Assembly: GCA_009726125.1 (NCBI GenBank)
Contig: WLIT01000002.1
Span: forward strand, 54,558 to 118,557
Length of the DNA: 64,000 nt
Direction of reading: 5' to 3'
Origin: Actinomycetota bacterium
GTDB taxonomy: Bacteria > Actinomycetota > Actinomycetes > Nanopelagicales > Nanopelagicaceae
Shown piece by piece: positions 22,092 through 32,500 of this stretch (position 1 is the first letter of the stretch; each line of letters begins with the position of its first letter). The translations under genes were made by a program, and so were the position numbers. The notes beneath the pieces were generated by a model. That model ran no database searches, was not told where the DNA came from, and was given only the letters and a program-made list of their open reading frames with translations.

Positions 22092-24353
22092 TTAAGAAGC
22101 CTCAAATACTGGGATCGGAAGATCAGGGCGTTCGTGCTTTTGATGAGCGACGACGGCCGCTAAATGATAATTCCAAATTAAATCTAGATTTCCTTGGACT
22201 GCATATGGGCGACCATCTACAAGCGGTCCCTTCTCCCCATTCATCACAGCAATTACATCATCACCGGAAATAGTTTTATAAGTTTCAAGGGCATGCGCGA
22301 GAGCAAGCACTTTGAACTTATTTTCATTCAGAATCTCTTCGGCGCGAATCAGTAAAGAGGAGAGGTTATTCTCGATTCGATCCCCAAGAGCCATTCTTAA
22401 ATTTTTTGTGCTGTCATCCTTACCGCGATTTCCACCTGGAGCGCCGACCTCATTACGGCGATTGGATGCATGTGAAGAAATTGTGGAACCCATCCCCCAA
22501 TGACCTTCCATAAAACTAGCGATTGTTGTTGCGCTCTCCAGGTCCCCTGAAACTCCCGAAGAGTTATCGCCCGCGAAGAACATTCGTTCCCCTGCCAGTG
22601 ATGCAACTGAAACCAAAATATCTGCTTCATATTCGGTGCGCCATCTTGTGAATTGATCATCCGGCGGAATGCTTGCCACCATGCCGAGATAGTCAGAACC
22701 TTTTTCAATTGTTGCCAAATCTATAGCCATATGTTGTCTTACTAAATGCGCCATCACTCCGTGGCAAGCTTCATGGACAGCAACAGCATGACGTTCACGT
22801 TCGATATATTCAACATCTTCCGCTGGTCCTAAATCCTTCAACTGCTTAGCTTTTATTACATCGCTCAAAGTTATAGAGGTGCGATCATTCCTAATCGCCA
22901 TGATTAGCGCTTCGTTAATTGTGTCCTTAATAATTGCGCCAGTTGCATACGGCGTGATTATCGCTAATTTATCTATCTCTTCCGCAGTTAACGAATGAGA
23001 GACTTTTGCTAAATACCCCTCGTAGGTTCTAATTCTTCCAGCCTTACTTGGATATCCGACTCGGTACATGCGATCGATTCGACCAGGACGCAAAAGCGCT
23101 TCATCGAGCGCTTCTGGCATATTTGTAGCCATAACAACCAAAATTCGATACTTCGGTGGATTCTTGGGACGCATTCCGAGTGCTCGACGAACTACACGGT
23201 TAATAAATCCTCTAGGTTTTTTCAGCCCAGATAGTTCGGTCAAAAGTGCTTGTAGCGTTCCACTTCCACCACCACCGCCTCCGCCTGCACCACCCATTAC
23301 AAATTGATTACTAGTCAAGGCTGCGCTAGTTACTAATGATTTACCTGGATCTGATAGATAGTTTCCACCATTACATGGTGTACCAAAGACGCTCTTGCTA
23401 TTTTCATTTGTATACATCTGAGGTCGACTGATACCACGATTACCTAAAGAATCCGCCTCATCGAAAAATACAACAACTCCGCCATAACGAAGAGCAAGTT
23501 TCCGCAATTTTCTAAATAAACTTTTTACTTTAAGAATGCCAACGCCCATGAACATATTTGTGAAGGCGCCTGGATCAACAAATACAAAAGGCTTTCCGGT
23601 TTCGCCAGCCATTGATTCAGCCATCAGTGTCTTTCCAGTGCCCGGAGGCCCCCAGAGCAGGATTCCACCCGGAACATATCCACCATGTTTTTCAATTAGT
23701 TCAGGTGTTTCAAGGAAGAGAAGATTTTCACGAATTCGATTGAGAACATGATCTTGTCCCCAAACATCCGAGAACCTGGTGCGGATGTCATCCGGGAAAT
23801 AGGTATCTACTCCACCACGGCTCAAGAACCAGAAAATCGCACCAAATTGAATTATGACAAAGAAGACTGCGAAGAGAAGCTGCCCAAGCATTGGGAGTGC
23901 AGACCATAAAGCCTTCGGTGCAAAAAATAACGCGCGAACTGGAGTCTCTTTATAAATAGCACCTAGAACAACTGAGAGCAGTGCAATGAAAACCAGCCAC
24001 TTGATAACCCGACCCAATCTGAAGCGATTCCAATCACTTAATTTGTGAAGTACTCGGTCAACGAAGGCGAAATATTTAACCCAAATTCCATGATACGGGG
24101 CAAGTAATTCAGCAAGAGCAAAGTGAACTTGTCGAATTATTTCAACTGCAGCTAGAACTAGTAGCCAAGATTTGCTGTTTACTGTTGCAGAAAGCGCATC
24201 AGTGAAAGATAACAATGGATTATCTGCCATATTGGCCCAAGCTAGGACGAAGAAAACAATTGCAAAGAGCAATAAGAACTTGGTGCGATCATAGAACGAT
24301 AGGTGAATGCGCGTAGTTCGATCGGTATCGCGGGGCCGGCTTTGTACGCTCAT
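22092..24353 (-). CDS. Divergent FtsH-family AAA+ zinc metalloprotease paralog (about 4 TM N-terminus, expanded AAA module)
   Basis: 753 aa. Features seen are Walker A GPPGTGKT, pore loop FTNMFMGVG, Walker B VVFFDEAD, RPGRID, the M41-type HEACH motif and GDLESAT. There are about four N-terminal hydrophobic spans. A ~59-aa insertion containing GGAGGGGGGGSG follows Walker B. Confidence 0.8.
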   Translation of the reverse strand: MSVQSRPRDTDRTTRIHLSFYDRTKFLLLFAIVFFVLAWANMADNPLLSFTDALSATVNSKSWLLVLAAVEIIRQVHFALAELLAPYHGIWVKYFAFVDRVLHKLSDWNRFRLGRVIKWLVFIALLSVVLGAIYKETPVRALFFAPKALWSALPMLGQLLFAVFFVIIQFGAIFWFLSRGGVDTYFPDDIRTRFSDVWGQDHVLNRIRENLLFLETPELIEKHGGYVPGGILLWGPPGTGKTLMAESMAGETGKPFVFVDPGAFTNMFMGVGILKVKSLFRKLRKLALRYGGVVVFFDEADSLGNRGISRPQMYTNENSKSVFGTPCNGGNYLSDPGKSLVTSAALTSNQFVMGGAGGGGGGGSGTLQALLTELSGLKKPRGFINRVVRRALGMRPKNPPKYRILVVMATNMPEALDEALLRPGRIDRMYRVGYPSKAGRIRTYEGYLAKVSHSLTAEEIDKLAIITPYATGAIIKDTINEALIMAIRNDRTSITLSDVIKAKQLKDLGPAEDVEYIERERHAVAVHEACHGVMAHLVRQHMAIDLATIEKGSDYLGMVASIPPDDQFTRWRTEYEADILVSVASLAGERMFFAGDNSSGVSGDLESATTIASFMEGHWGMGSTISSHASNRRNEVGAPGGNRGKDDSTKNLRMALGDRIENNLSSLLIRAEEILNENKFKVLALAHALETYKTISGDDVIAVMNGEKGPLVDGRPYAVQGNLDLIWNYHLAAVVAHQKHERPDLPIPVFEAS

Positions 24354-25009
24354 TTATTGCCTCTCACGGTGAACGAATCACCAATCGCTTGGAGTTCTTT
24401 GGAATGCTTTTTGAAATACTTTGTAGGGGCTCGGACTAATAAGACATAAATTCTTGATCGATCATCCGAAACTAACGCTGTTTGATCCACAGTTTCAGAG
24501 ATTCCACTCGGATCGCCAAAAGTATAGGTCGTTCTTACTCCTCTAGCTATTTTCTCTACTCGCTCATAATCATCATATAAAACGAATTTCGAGTTTGCCT
24601 TAGTTGGATCTTCAAGCCACGTTGTGATTGGAAGAATTAGGTTACGAAGCGAATTGTAGGAAATTGAATTCAAATCGTCATAGCCAAGATCTCGAACGCG
24701 AACATAAACAACTGCGCCATCCGGAGCATCTAAACTGAAGATTGAAAGCGGTGTGGTTGCAGGCGAAGTTGAATATGCTTCTTGCCAAACAACACTGGCA
24801 ATTCTTTCGGCCGCTCCGTCCGCCGTAGATTTGGCTTCTGCGCTATTCAACTGCTTTGAAGAAATTTTATGCCAACCATTAGGTATGGCTACGTAAACTC
24901 CACTGGATTTATCAGCGGCATAAATTTGGGATTGTGAACAGCTAGTCAAACCAATAATTGAACAGGCCAATAACGTTGCGATAACAAAACGTCTTGGCAT
25001 AAGTTGCAT
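24350..25009 (-). CDS. Predicted lipoprotein of unknown function
   Basis: 219 aa with a signal peptide plus lipobox (IIGLTSC). I recognise no family. Its stop overlaps the FtsH-like start by 4 nt. Confidence 0.7.
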   Translation of the reverse strand: MQLMPRRFVIATLLACSIIGLTSCSQSQIYAADKSSGVYVAIPNGWHKISSKQLNSAEAKSTADGAAERIASVVWQEAYSTSPATTPLSIFSLDAPDGAVVYVRVRDLGYDDLNSISYNSLRNLILPITTWLEDPTKANSKFVLYDDYERVEKIARGVRTTYTFGDPSGISETVDQTALVSDDRSRIYVLLVRAPTKYFKKHSKELQAIGDSFTVRGNK

Positions 25010-25017
25010 TGGGCGTT

Positions 25018-26778
25018 TTACTCCTGTGGGATATTGACTGGCTCAAAATCTACACCAGCGTCTTTACGCTGTCGCGCGGTAATTGGAGTTGGGGCACCAG
25101 TTAGCGGATCTCCGCCACTAGCCGTTTTCGGAAAGGCAATTACCTCGCGGATTGATTCCGCGCCGACTAATAGCGCACATAAACGATCAAGCCCAAGTGC
25201 GATTCCACCGTGAGGAGGCGGGCCGTAATTGAACGCTTCCAATAGAAAACCAAATTTACTTTCAGCCTCTTCCTGAGAAAGACCTATCGTGTCGAATACT
25301 CGTGATTGCATTTTGCGATCATGGATACGAATGGAACCGCCACCAATCTCATTTCCATTCAAAACAATGTCGTAAGCGTAGGCAAGTGCGCTAGCTGGAT
25401 CTTTATCGAAGGTATTTGCGAATTCCGGTTTTGGACCTGTAAAAGGATGATGCACAGCAGTCCAACCACTATTTGAATCAGCGCTATCGATTTGTTCAAA
25501 CATCGGCGCATCAACAATCCATAGGAAATTCCATGATTTCTCATTGATTAAGTTACAACGCTTTCCTACTTCAAGTCGCACAGCACCGAGCAGGTTGAGC
25601 GATGAAACACGATCTCCAGCAGCGAAAAATATTGCATCACCTGGCTTAGCTCCAACATGTCCAACAATTCCTGCCGCTTCTTTTTCTGAGAGATTCTTTG
25701 CGACTGGTCCACCAAGAACTCCATCAGTTCCAACCAAAATATAAGCCAAACCTTTTGCACCTCGCGCCTTAGCCCATTCCTGCCAGGCATCTAATTCACG
25801 CCTTGGAGAATCCGCACCACCTGGCATAACGACTGCGCCTACATGTGCGGATTGGAAGACTCGGAAAGTCGTATCAGCAAAAAAATCAGTGCAATCTATA
25901 AGTTCATTTGCGAAACGTAAATCTGGTTTGTCAGAACCATAACGGCGCATCGCTTCCCAATAAGTCATTCTCGGGATAGGTAATGGAATATCGAAGTCAA
26001 CGATTTTCTTGAACACTCTGGACAAAATTTTCTCTGCTACCTGCAGAATATCTTCCTGATCAATGAAAGACATTTCAATATCTAATTGCGTAAATTCTGG
26101 TTGGCGATCTGCACGGAAATCCTCGTCGCGGAAACAGCGAGCAATTTGGTAATAACGTTCCATGCCTGCAACCATCAATAGTTGTTTAAATAGCTGTGGC
26201 GATTGTGGAAGTGCATACCAAGAGCCTGGTTGGAGTCGCACAGGCACCAAGAAATCTCGAGCACCTTCCGGAGTCGAACGCGTCAAATATGGCGTCTCAA
26301 TCTCTAGGAAATCTTCGTCATCCATGACTGTTCTAATTACCGATGTAACCTTCGAACGGAGTCGAAGATTCTTTGCAGGACCTTCTCTGCGTAAATCTAA
26401 ATAGCGATATTTCAAACGCACTTCTTCGCTGATTGTGTTTAAGTCTCCACTATCAACTGGAAATGGGAGCGCAGCAGCCTCGCTTAGAACTTGAAGCTCC
26501 TCACAAACCACTTCTATTTCCCCAGTTGGAATATTTGCATTTTCATTGCCAGCAGGGCGAATTCGAACAGTGCCCGTGATCAACACACACCACTCGGCGC
26601 GCAATGAACCTGCTAAAGCTTCATCATTAATTACAACCTGCGATGCCCCGGATGAATCACGAAGATCGATAAAAGCAACACCACCATGATCGCGGCGTCT
26701 TGCAACCCAACCTGCGAGAACAACTTTTGAGCCAACATCGCTCTTTCGCAATGAACCTGCAGTATGCGTTCTTATCAT
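25018..26778 (-). CDS. aspS: Aspartate--tRNA ligase
   Basis: 586 aa with an OB-fold N-terminus, class II motifs ([17 protein letters not shown]) and the bacterial insertion domain. Confidence 0.98.
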   Translation of the reverse strand: MIRTHTAGSLRKSDVGSKVVLAGWVARRRDHGGVAFIDLRDSSGASQVVINDEALAGSLRAEWCVLITGTVRIRPAGNENANIPTGEIEVVCEELQVLSEAAALPFPVDSGDLNTISEEVRLKYRYLDLRREGPAKNLRLRSKVTSVIRTVMDDEDFLEIETPYLTRSTPEGARDFLVPVRLQPGSWYALPQSPQLFKQLLMVAGMERYYQIARCFRDEDFRADRQPEFTQLDIEMSFIDQEDILQVAEKILSRVFKKIVDFDIPLPIPRMTYWEAMRRYGSDKPDLRFANELIDCTDFFADTTFRVFQSAHVGAVVMPGGADSPRRELDAWQEWAKARGAKGLAYILVGTDGVLGGPVAKNLSEKEAAGIVGHVGAKPGDAIFFAAGDRVSSLNLLGAVRLEVGKRCNLINEKSWNFLWIVDAPMFEQIDSADSNSGWTAVHHPFTGPKPEFANTFDKDPASALAYAYDIVLNGNEIGGGSIRIHDRKMQSRVFDTIGLSQEEAESKFGFLLEAFNYGPPPHGGIALGLDRLCALLVGAESIREVIAFPKTASGGDPLTGAPTPITARQRKDAGVDFEPVNIPQE

Positions 26779-26801
26779 CTTAAATGCGCTCCGATAATTG
26801 C

Positions 26802-28061
26802 TTAGTTGGTTTTAAATTCATTACTTAAGGCGGTGATTCTAACTTCTTTTGACTCCCCTGAATCCATATCTTTAACTGCTACTAGGCCTGATTTAATTTC
26901 ATTAGAACCAATTACCGCGCTGAATTTCGCCCCACTTTTATCCGCCGACTTCATAGCTCCCTTAAGGGCACGATCGCCATAGGCCATGTCGCAAGAAATA
27001 CCAGAATTGCGAAGTTCATTAACCAGTTTTGAAACAAAGCCCTTCTCCTGCGCACTTAAAGCGATTAGGAAAAGATCTAACTTTGGCTTATTTATTGAAG
27101 AATCGAATATTCCCTCCGCCTCACATGCAAGAAGAATTCGATCAACGCCAAGTCCAAAACCTATTCCCGATAAGTCACTGCCGCCAAGTTCTGCCATTAA
27201 TCCGTCATATCGACCGCCACCACCGATTCCAGATTGTGCACCCAACTTTTCGCTCACAAATTCGAAGGTAGTGCCGGTGTAATAATCAAGGCCGCGCACC
27301 ATTCTTGGATTGATGGTGAAATCAATCTTTGCTTCTTGCAACAACTCTTGAACTCGCTGGAAATTTTCTTTGCTCTCTTGCGATAAATAATCCAGAAGTA
27401 GCGGCGCTTTAGCCATCGCCTCTTGAATTTGCGCACGCTTATCGTCGAATAGGCGTAGCGGATTTAACTCAGCTTTTTTGACGGTCGCCTCATCCAAATT
27501 CAATTTTGAAATGTAAGCAACTAAATCGCTTCGATGACTGGCCCGGCTCTCTGCATCGCCCAAAGAAGTTATATCCAGTCGATAAGATTTCAAGCCCAAT
27601 TTCTTAAAAGCCCGATCTGCTACCGCTATAACTTCAAAATCGATCTCTGGATCGTTCAACCCAATTGCTTCAATTCCAACTTGATAGAACTGCCGATATC
27701 TCCCGGCTTGTGGCCGTTCGGCGCGGAAGTAAGCACCGGAATACCAAACCTTTAACGGAAGCGTTAATTTATCTAAGTTATGTTCAATAACGCTGCGCAT
27801 AACGCCAGCGGTTCCTTCTGGGCGAAGAGTTATCGAACGACCACCGCGATCTTCAAAGGTATACATCTCTTTTGAAACTACATCGGTCGATTCTCCAACA
27901 CCGCGTCTAAACAGCTCGGTATCTTCAAATACGGGTAACTCCATCAGTTGATAGCCAGAAATTTTCGCTGATTCAATTAAGGTTTCACGAACAAATTCGA
28001 AATATTGGGAGCGTGGCGGAAAATATTCGCTCACGCCTTTAGGGGCCTGTAACTCTTTCAT
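26802..28061 (-). CDS. hisS: Histidine--tRNA ligase
   Basis: 419 aa with the motifs LRPEGTA, RYRQFYQ and GGGRYD. Confidence 0.97.
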   Translation of the reverse strand: MKELQAPKGVSEYFPPRSQYFEFVRETLIESAKISGYQLMELPVFEDTELFRRGVGESTDVVSKEMYTFEDRGGRSITLRPEGTAGVMRSVIEHNLDKLTLPLKVWYSGAYFRAERPQAGRYRQFYQVGIEAIGLNDPEIDFEVIAVADRAFKKLGLKSYRLDITSLGDAESRASHRSDLVAYISKLNLDEATVKKAELNPLRLFDDKRAQIQEAMAKAPLLLDYLSQESKENFQRVQELLQEAKIDFTINPRMVRGLDYYTGTTFEFVSEKLGAQSGIGGGGRYDGLMAELGGSDLSGIGFGLGVDRILLACEAEGIFDSSINKPKLDLFLIALSAQEKGFVSKLVNELRNSGISCDMAYGDRALKGAMKSADKSGAKFSAVIGSNEIKSGLVAVKDMDSGESKEVRITALSNEFKTN

Positions 28062-28762
28062 TACTCCCCCCGTCCTGGCTTCGATTGCAGAAATTCTTCC
28101 TGCAAATAAGGATTACTAGATAGCTCGCGTCCAATTGTAGTTTGTGGACCATGCCCAGGCAGGACTATTAATTCGTTATTCAGGGGCAATATTTTAGAGA
28201 TTAATGAATTACGCATTGCGCTAGGCGACCCAGTTGGTAAATCCGTTCTCCCAATTGCACCGGCAAATAAGACATCACCCGAAATCAAGAACTCATCATT
28301 TACCGTGAAAATTGCCGAACCAGCGGTATGCCCTGGCGCATGGCCAACCTCAATATCAAAACCCGCGAGTTGAAACTTCTCGCCATCTAGAACTTCGCGC
28401 ACGATTTCTGGCTCTTCAAATTTCGTTACACCAAAGGCGGCCATTATTTGCTGACTCTCACCGCCTGCACTTAGGGCTCGATATGGGTCGGCTAACAATT
28501 TTCTATCAGCTGTATGAATCAACGTTGGGACACCATATTCATTTGCAAAAGGCCGAACCGAAAAAGTGTGATCCAAGTGCCCATGAGTTACTAGCGTTGC
28601 TATTGGTTTTAGATTGTGTTTATTGAGGGCGCTTTTAATTGCCGAAACCAGGCTCGGGTTGGCCATCCCTGGATCCACGATGAAGCATTCAGAATTCTTA
28701 GTTGGTGCAAGGATCCAACAGTTTGTAGCGAAATAGGGTGCGGCAATCACCTCAAGAATCAA
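28061..28762 (-). CDS. MBL-fold metallo-hydrolase (glyoxalase II-like)
   Basis: It has the THGHLDH motif and GHTAGS. The start was trimmed to TTG (L26 of ORF 28061..28837), which is preceded by AGGGG. It lies next to hisS as in mycobacteria. The start is uncertain. Confidence 0.82.
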   Translation of the reverse strand: MILEVIAAPYFATNCWILAPTKNSECFIVDPGMANPSLVSAIKSALNKHNLKPIATLVTHGHLDHTFSVRPFANEYGVPTLIHTADRKLLADPYRALSAGGESQQIMAAFGVTKFEEPEIVREVLDGEKFQLAGFDIEVGHAPGHTAGSAIFTVNDEFLISGDVLFAGAIGRTDLPTGSPSAMRNSLISKILPLNNELIVLPGHGPQTTIGRELSSNPYLQEEFLQSKPGRGE

Positions 28763-28932
28763 AGGTTCACCCCTATCCGTCACGCGTGAGCGGCCCGTAT
28801 TGGGGCTAATTGCGCAAGACCACTTTTGCCATCCCAACGGTTAAGGGTATCTTTAGCCCGCACGCATAACTAATCAGATAAGTCATAACGAATGGTTTGC
28901 AACTCCGCGAACCCAACGCGCAATGAAAGCGA

Positions 28933-30279
28933 GTGAGTATTACCATGATGGATATCAACCCAACTGAAGTTGCCCAAGCAGTAACACCTGGCGATTCAAA
29001 TGTAAGTGCCGCATCCGCCCTAATCGGAGATCCTTCAAAATTTGGTCGCGTTGATCAAGATGGCACTGTCTATGTATTAACTCCATCTGGTGAAAAAGCT
29101 GTCGGCTCATATCCTGGAAAGAGCTCGGAAGAGGCGCTCGCATATTTTGTTCGCAAGTTTGAAGCAGTCGCATCCGAAGTTGCGCTACTTGCTGCTCGCA
29201 TCAAGAGTGGTGCAATGGTGCCATCCGACGCATCCGAAGCTGTTGTGAAATTACGCGACACCGTCGCAAATCTAAATGGCGTTGGCGATTTAGCAACCCT
29301 CGCCGCCTCTGTAGACCAGATCCCAAATTTAATTGAAGACCATCGCGCCGCATATCAAGAGCGCAAAGATATTGAATCAGCAGTGCGCGAAGCAAAGCGC
29401 GCAGCTTCCTTAATCGTCAAAGAGAAGTTAGTTGCTGAAGCGGAATCCCTCGCACTTTCAGAGAGTTGGAAAGCTACAAGCGAGCGTCTTAAAGTTCTGC
29501 TCGATGAATGGAAAGCAGCTCCCCGCCTAGATAAGACAACTGATACCGAACTTTGGAAGCGGTTCTCATCCTCTCGCAATAAGTTCGATAAGCGCCGTCG
29601 TACCCACTTTGCGGCCCTCGAATCTGTGCAACACGAAGTTGCAGCAAAGAAGGAAGAGATTGTTAAGCAAGCGGAAGCGTTAGCAACTTCAAAGGAATGG
29701 CTTCCAACCGCCCATAAATTTAAAGAACTTATGGATGCATGGAAAGCATCTGGACGTGGCAAGCAGAACGTTGATGCAAAACTTTGGGGCCGATTCAAAG
29801 CAGCGCAAGATCAATTCTTTGCTGCAAAAAATAGTGATCTTGATAAGCGCCAGGTAACAATGGCGGCGAATCTTGCAAAGCGTGAAGAGTTGATTGTAAA
29901 GATCGAAGAGATTCTTCCAATAACCGATTTACAGAGCGCTAAGAAGAATTTCCGCGCTCTTATGGAGCAATGGCAGAAAATTGGCATGACTGAACGCAGC
30001 AAGAAGGCCGCACTCGATACCCGTCTTTCACGAGTGGAAGATGAAATTCACACGCTTACTGAAGAGCAGAATCGTCGCACTGATCCGACTGCTATCGCTC
30101 GAGCAAATGATGTTGTTCAAGGACTTGTTGATGCCATCGCGGGCTATGAAGCACAGGCCGCTAAGGCAGAAGCTGCAGGCAACACCTCAAAAGCCAAAAC
30201 TGCACGAGAAGCTGCAGAAGCTCGCAAAGTTTGGCTAGCTGAAGCTCAAAAGGGACTGGCGGATTTCAAAAGCAATTAG
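28933..30279 (+). CDS. DUF349 repeat protein
   Basis: 448 aa, with repeated helical modules of the type W.....LW.RF......F (e.g. LWKRFSSSRNKFDKRRR, LWGRFKAAQDQFFAAKN). The start could be GTG 28933 or ATG 28945. Confidence 0.72.
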   Translation: MSITMMDINPTEVAQAVTPGDSNVSAASALIGDPSKFGRVDQDGTVYVLTPSGEKAVGSYPGKSSEEALAYFVRKFEAVASEVALLAARIKSGAMVPSDASEAVVKLRDTVANLNGVGDLATLAASVDQIPNLIEDHRAAYQERKDIESAVREAKRAASLIVKEKLVAEAESLALSESWKATSERLKVLLDEWKAAPRLDKTTDTELWKRFSSSRNKFDKRRRTHFAALESVQHEVAAKKEEIVKQAEALATSKEWLPTAHKFKELMDAWKASGRGKQNVDAKLWGRFKAAQDQFFAAKNSDLDKRQVTMAANLAKREELIVKIEEILPITDLQSAKKNFRALMEQWQKIGMTERSKKAALDTRLSRVEDEIHTLTEEQNRRTDPTAIARANDVVQGLVDAIAGYEAQAAKAEAAGNTSKAKTAREAAEARKVWLAEAQKGLADFKSN

Positions 30280-30282
30280 CTC

Positions 30283-32454
30283 TTAATTGTTGGTTACGCG
30301 GTAAACATCGTAAACGCCTTCAACTGATCTCACGCTCGCTAAAACTGCATCTAGATGCGACGCATCTGCCATCTCGAAAGTAAATCTCGAAATCGCGGTG
30401 CGATCTTTCGAAGTGCTTACTGCGGCGTTCAATATATTTACATGTTGATCCGAAAGGGTCCGAGTTACGTCAGAAAGTAAGCGGGATCTATCTAGCGCTT
30501 CTACTTGAATGTTCACCAAGAATGAGGTTTTCGCCGAGTTATTCCACCTTACAGAAACTATGCGATCTCCTTGATGTTCACGTAAATCTGTAACATTTAT
30601 GCAATCTTTACGATGCACCGATACGCCACTGCCTCTGGTGATAAATCCAACAATTTCATCCCCTGGAACTGGTGTGCAGCAACGAGCCAACTTCACTAAA
30701 ACATCATCCGCACCTTCAACATCTATTCCAGATGAATTACGCCTGACATGTTCAAAGGAATGCACCGGATTTGTATGGCTCTCAACTTCGGTATCAGGCT
30801 CGTGTAAATCGGTATTTGCCACTAACTTTTCGATAACAAATTGCGCACTTATATGGCCATTACCAACAGCCGCATACATGCTCTCAATATCTGGATAATG
30901 AAGATCGTGTGACAGTTCTAGAAATGCTTGACCTGCAAAAATTTTCTGGAGCGGCAGCCCAACTTTTCTCATCTGACGCGCAATTGATTCTCGGCCAGCA
31001 TCGATGGCCTCTTCCTTGCGCTCTTTTGAAAACCAAGCTTTAATTTTTGAACGCGCTCTCGGCGATGATACAAAATTGAGCCAATCTCTACTTGGCGCTG
31101 CATTTGGACTCTTGTTCGTGACAACTTCAACAACATCACCATTTGCAAGAATGGACTCCAAAGGCACCAATTTTCCATTTACCTTTGCACCCACACACCT
31201 ATCTCCTACTTCGGTATGAACTGAATACGCGAAATCAACAGGGGTAGAACCTGAAGGAAGAGCAACAACACTCCCCTTCGGAGTGAATACAAATACTTCT
31301 GGCGTCCTGAGGTCGTAACGAAGAGTGTCGAGAAATTCGCCCACATCCTCAGTTTCCTGCTGCCATTCATGTAATTGTTTCAACCAAATCATCTCTGGTT
31401 TATTTGTAGCGTCTTTTCCGACCGAAGCCAACTTATACTTCCAATGCGCAGCAATTCCATACTCTGCCCGCGCATGCATATCGAAAGTTCGGATTTGAAT
31501 TTCGACAGCTCTCCCATTTGGTCCAATAACTGTTGTATGTAGTGATTGGTAAAGATTAAATTTCGGCATTGCAATGTAATCCTTGAACCGTCCTGGGATC
31601 GGACTCCACCTTGCGTGAATCGCTCCTAAGACGGCATAACAATCTCGAACACTTTCCACCAAGACCCGAATACCAACTAAGTCATAGATTTCATTGAAAT
31701 CGCGACCTCGGATGACCATTTTTTGATAGACGCTGTATAGGTGTTTCTGCCGACCTAGAACTTTTGCAGTGATTCCATCGGCGTTGAGATCCTTAGCAAC
31801 GAGTTGCAAAACCTCGCCAGTCATAGCCTCTCGCGCGGGACTTCGCTCTTGAACTAACCTTTCAATCTCATCATATATTTTTGGTTCCAGGAATTTAAAT
31901 GATAAATCCTCTAACTCCCACTTGATGGCGCTCATACCTAATCGATTCGCCAGTGGCGCATAAATATCCAAAGTTTCACGCGCTTTACGTTGCGCAGATT
32001 CAATCTCAACAAATTGCCAGGTTCTGGCATTGTGCAACCGATCGGCTAATTTAATAACAAGTACTCGGATATCACGAGACATAGCGATAACCATTTTTCG
32101 CAGCGTTTCAGCCTCAGCAGTTGGGCCATAATTCAATTTATCTAACTTGGTAACACCATCTACCAAATTAGCGACTTCTTTTCCGAAATCCTTCTTAAGT
32201 GCGGCTAATGAATACTTCGTATCTTCAATGGTGTCATGCAATAAAGAAGCGATGATTGTTTCAAGGTCTAGACCAATCTCAGCCAAAATTTCCGAAACCG
32301 CCAACGGATGAGTTATATATTTCTCACCGGATTTCCGGAGTTGACCTTCATGAGCATCAGCAGCAATATCGTAGGCACGTTCTAGTTCGATTAAAGAGGC
32401 CTCAGGATGATGCGAAATCAGCGCCTTAGCCAGAACGTCTAGAACCGGATTCAT
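30283..32454 (-). CDS. relA: Bifunctional (p)ppGpp synthetase/hydrolase Rel
   Basis: 723 aa with an HD hydrolase domain (HPLAV..HD), a synthetase domain and TGS and ACT-like C-terminal domains. Confidence 0.96.
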   Translation of the reverse strand: MNPVLDVLAKALISHHPEASLIELERAYDIAADAHEGQLRKSGEKYITHPLAVSEILAEIGLDLETIIASLLHDTIEDTKYSLAALKKDFGKEVANLVDGVTKLDKLNYGPTAEAETLRKMVIAMSRDIRVLVIKLADRLHNARTWQFVEIESAQRKARETLDIYAPLANRLGMSAIKWELEDLSFKFLEPKIYDEIERLVQERSPAREAMTGEVLQLVAKDLNADGITAKVLGRQKHLYSVYQKMVIRGRDFNEIYDLVGIRVLVESVRDCYAVLGAIHARWSPIPGRFKDYIAMPKFNLYQSLHTTVIGPNGRAVEIQIRTFDMHARAEYGIAAHWKYKLASVGKDATNKPEMIWLKQLHEWQQETEDVGEFLDTLRYDLRTPEVFVFTPKGSVVALPSGSTPVDFAYSVHTEVGDRCVGAKVNGKLVPLESILANGDVVEVVTNKSPNAAPSRDWLNFVSSPRARSKIKAWFSKERKEEAIDAGRESIARQMRKVGLPLQKIFAGQAFLELSHDLHYPDIESMYAAVGNGHISAQFVIEKLVANTDLHEPDTEVESHTNPVHSFEHVRRNSSGIDVEGADDVLVKLARCCTPVPGDEIVGFITRGSGVSVHRKDCINVTDLREHQGDRIVSVRWNNSAKTSFLVNIQVEALDRSRLLSDVTRTLSDQHVNILNAAVSTSKDRTAISRFTFEMADASHLDAVLASVRSVEGVYDVYRVTNN

Positions 32455-32500
32455 AGTTCTATCTTAACTAACCAGAAAGAGCTAAGCCGAAATTAAAAGA

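Noticed and set aside
23265-23294. A GC-rich run, ccaccaccaccgcctccgcctgcaccaccc, as a possible repeat or regulatory element. A similar run lies at about 19070..19100.
   Set aside because: Both are the antisense of poly-glycine codons inside coding sequences: the FtsH-paralog Gly tract and the conserved AlaS C-terminal GGGGGGK motif.
29355-29798. A 147-aa minus-strand ORF inside the DUF349 gene.
   Set aside because: It is antisense to the repeat-rich DUF349 gene. The plus-strand frame carries the recognisable repeat modules, and the minus-strand frame has none.
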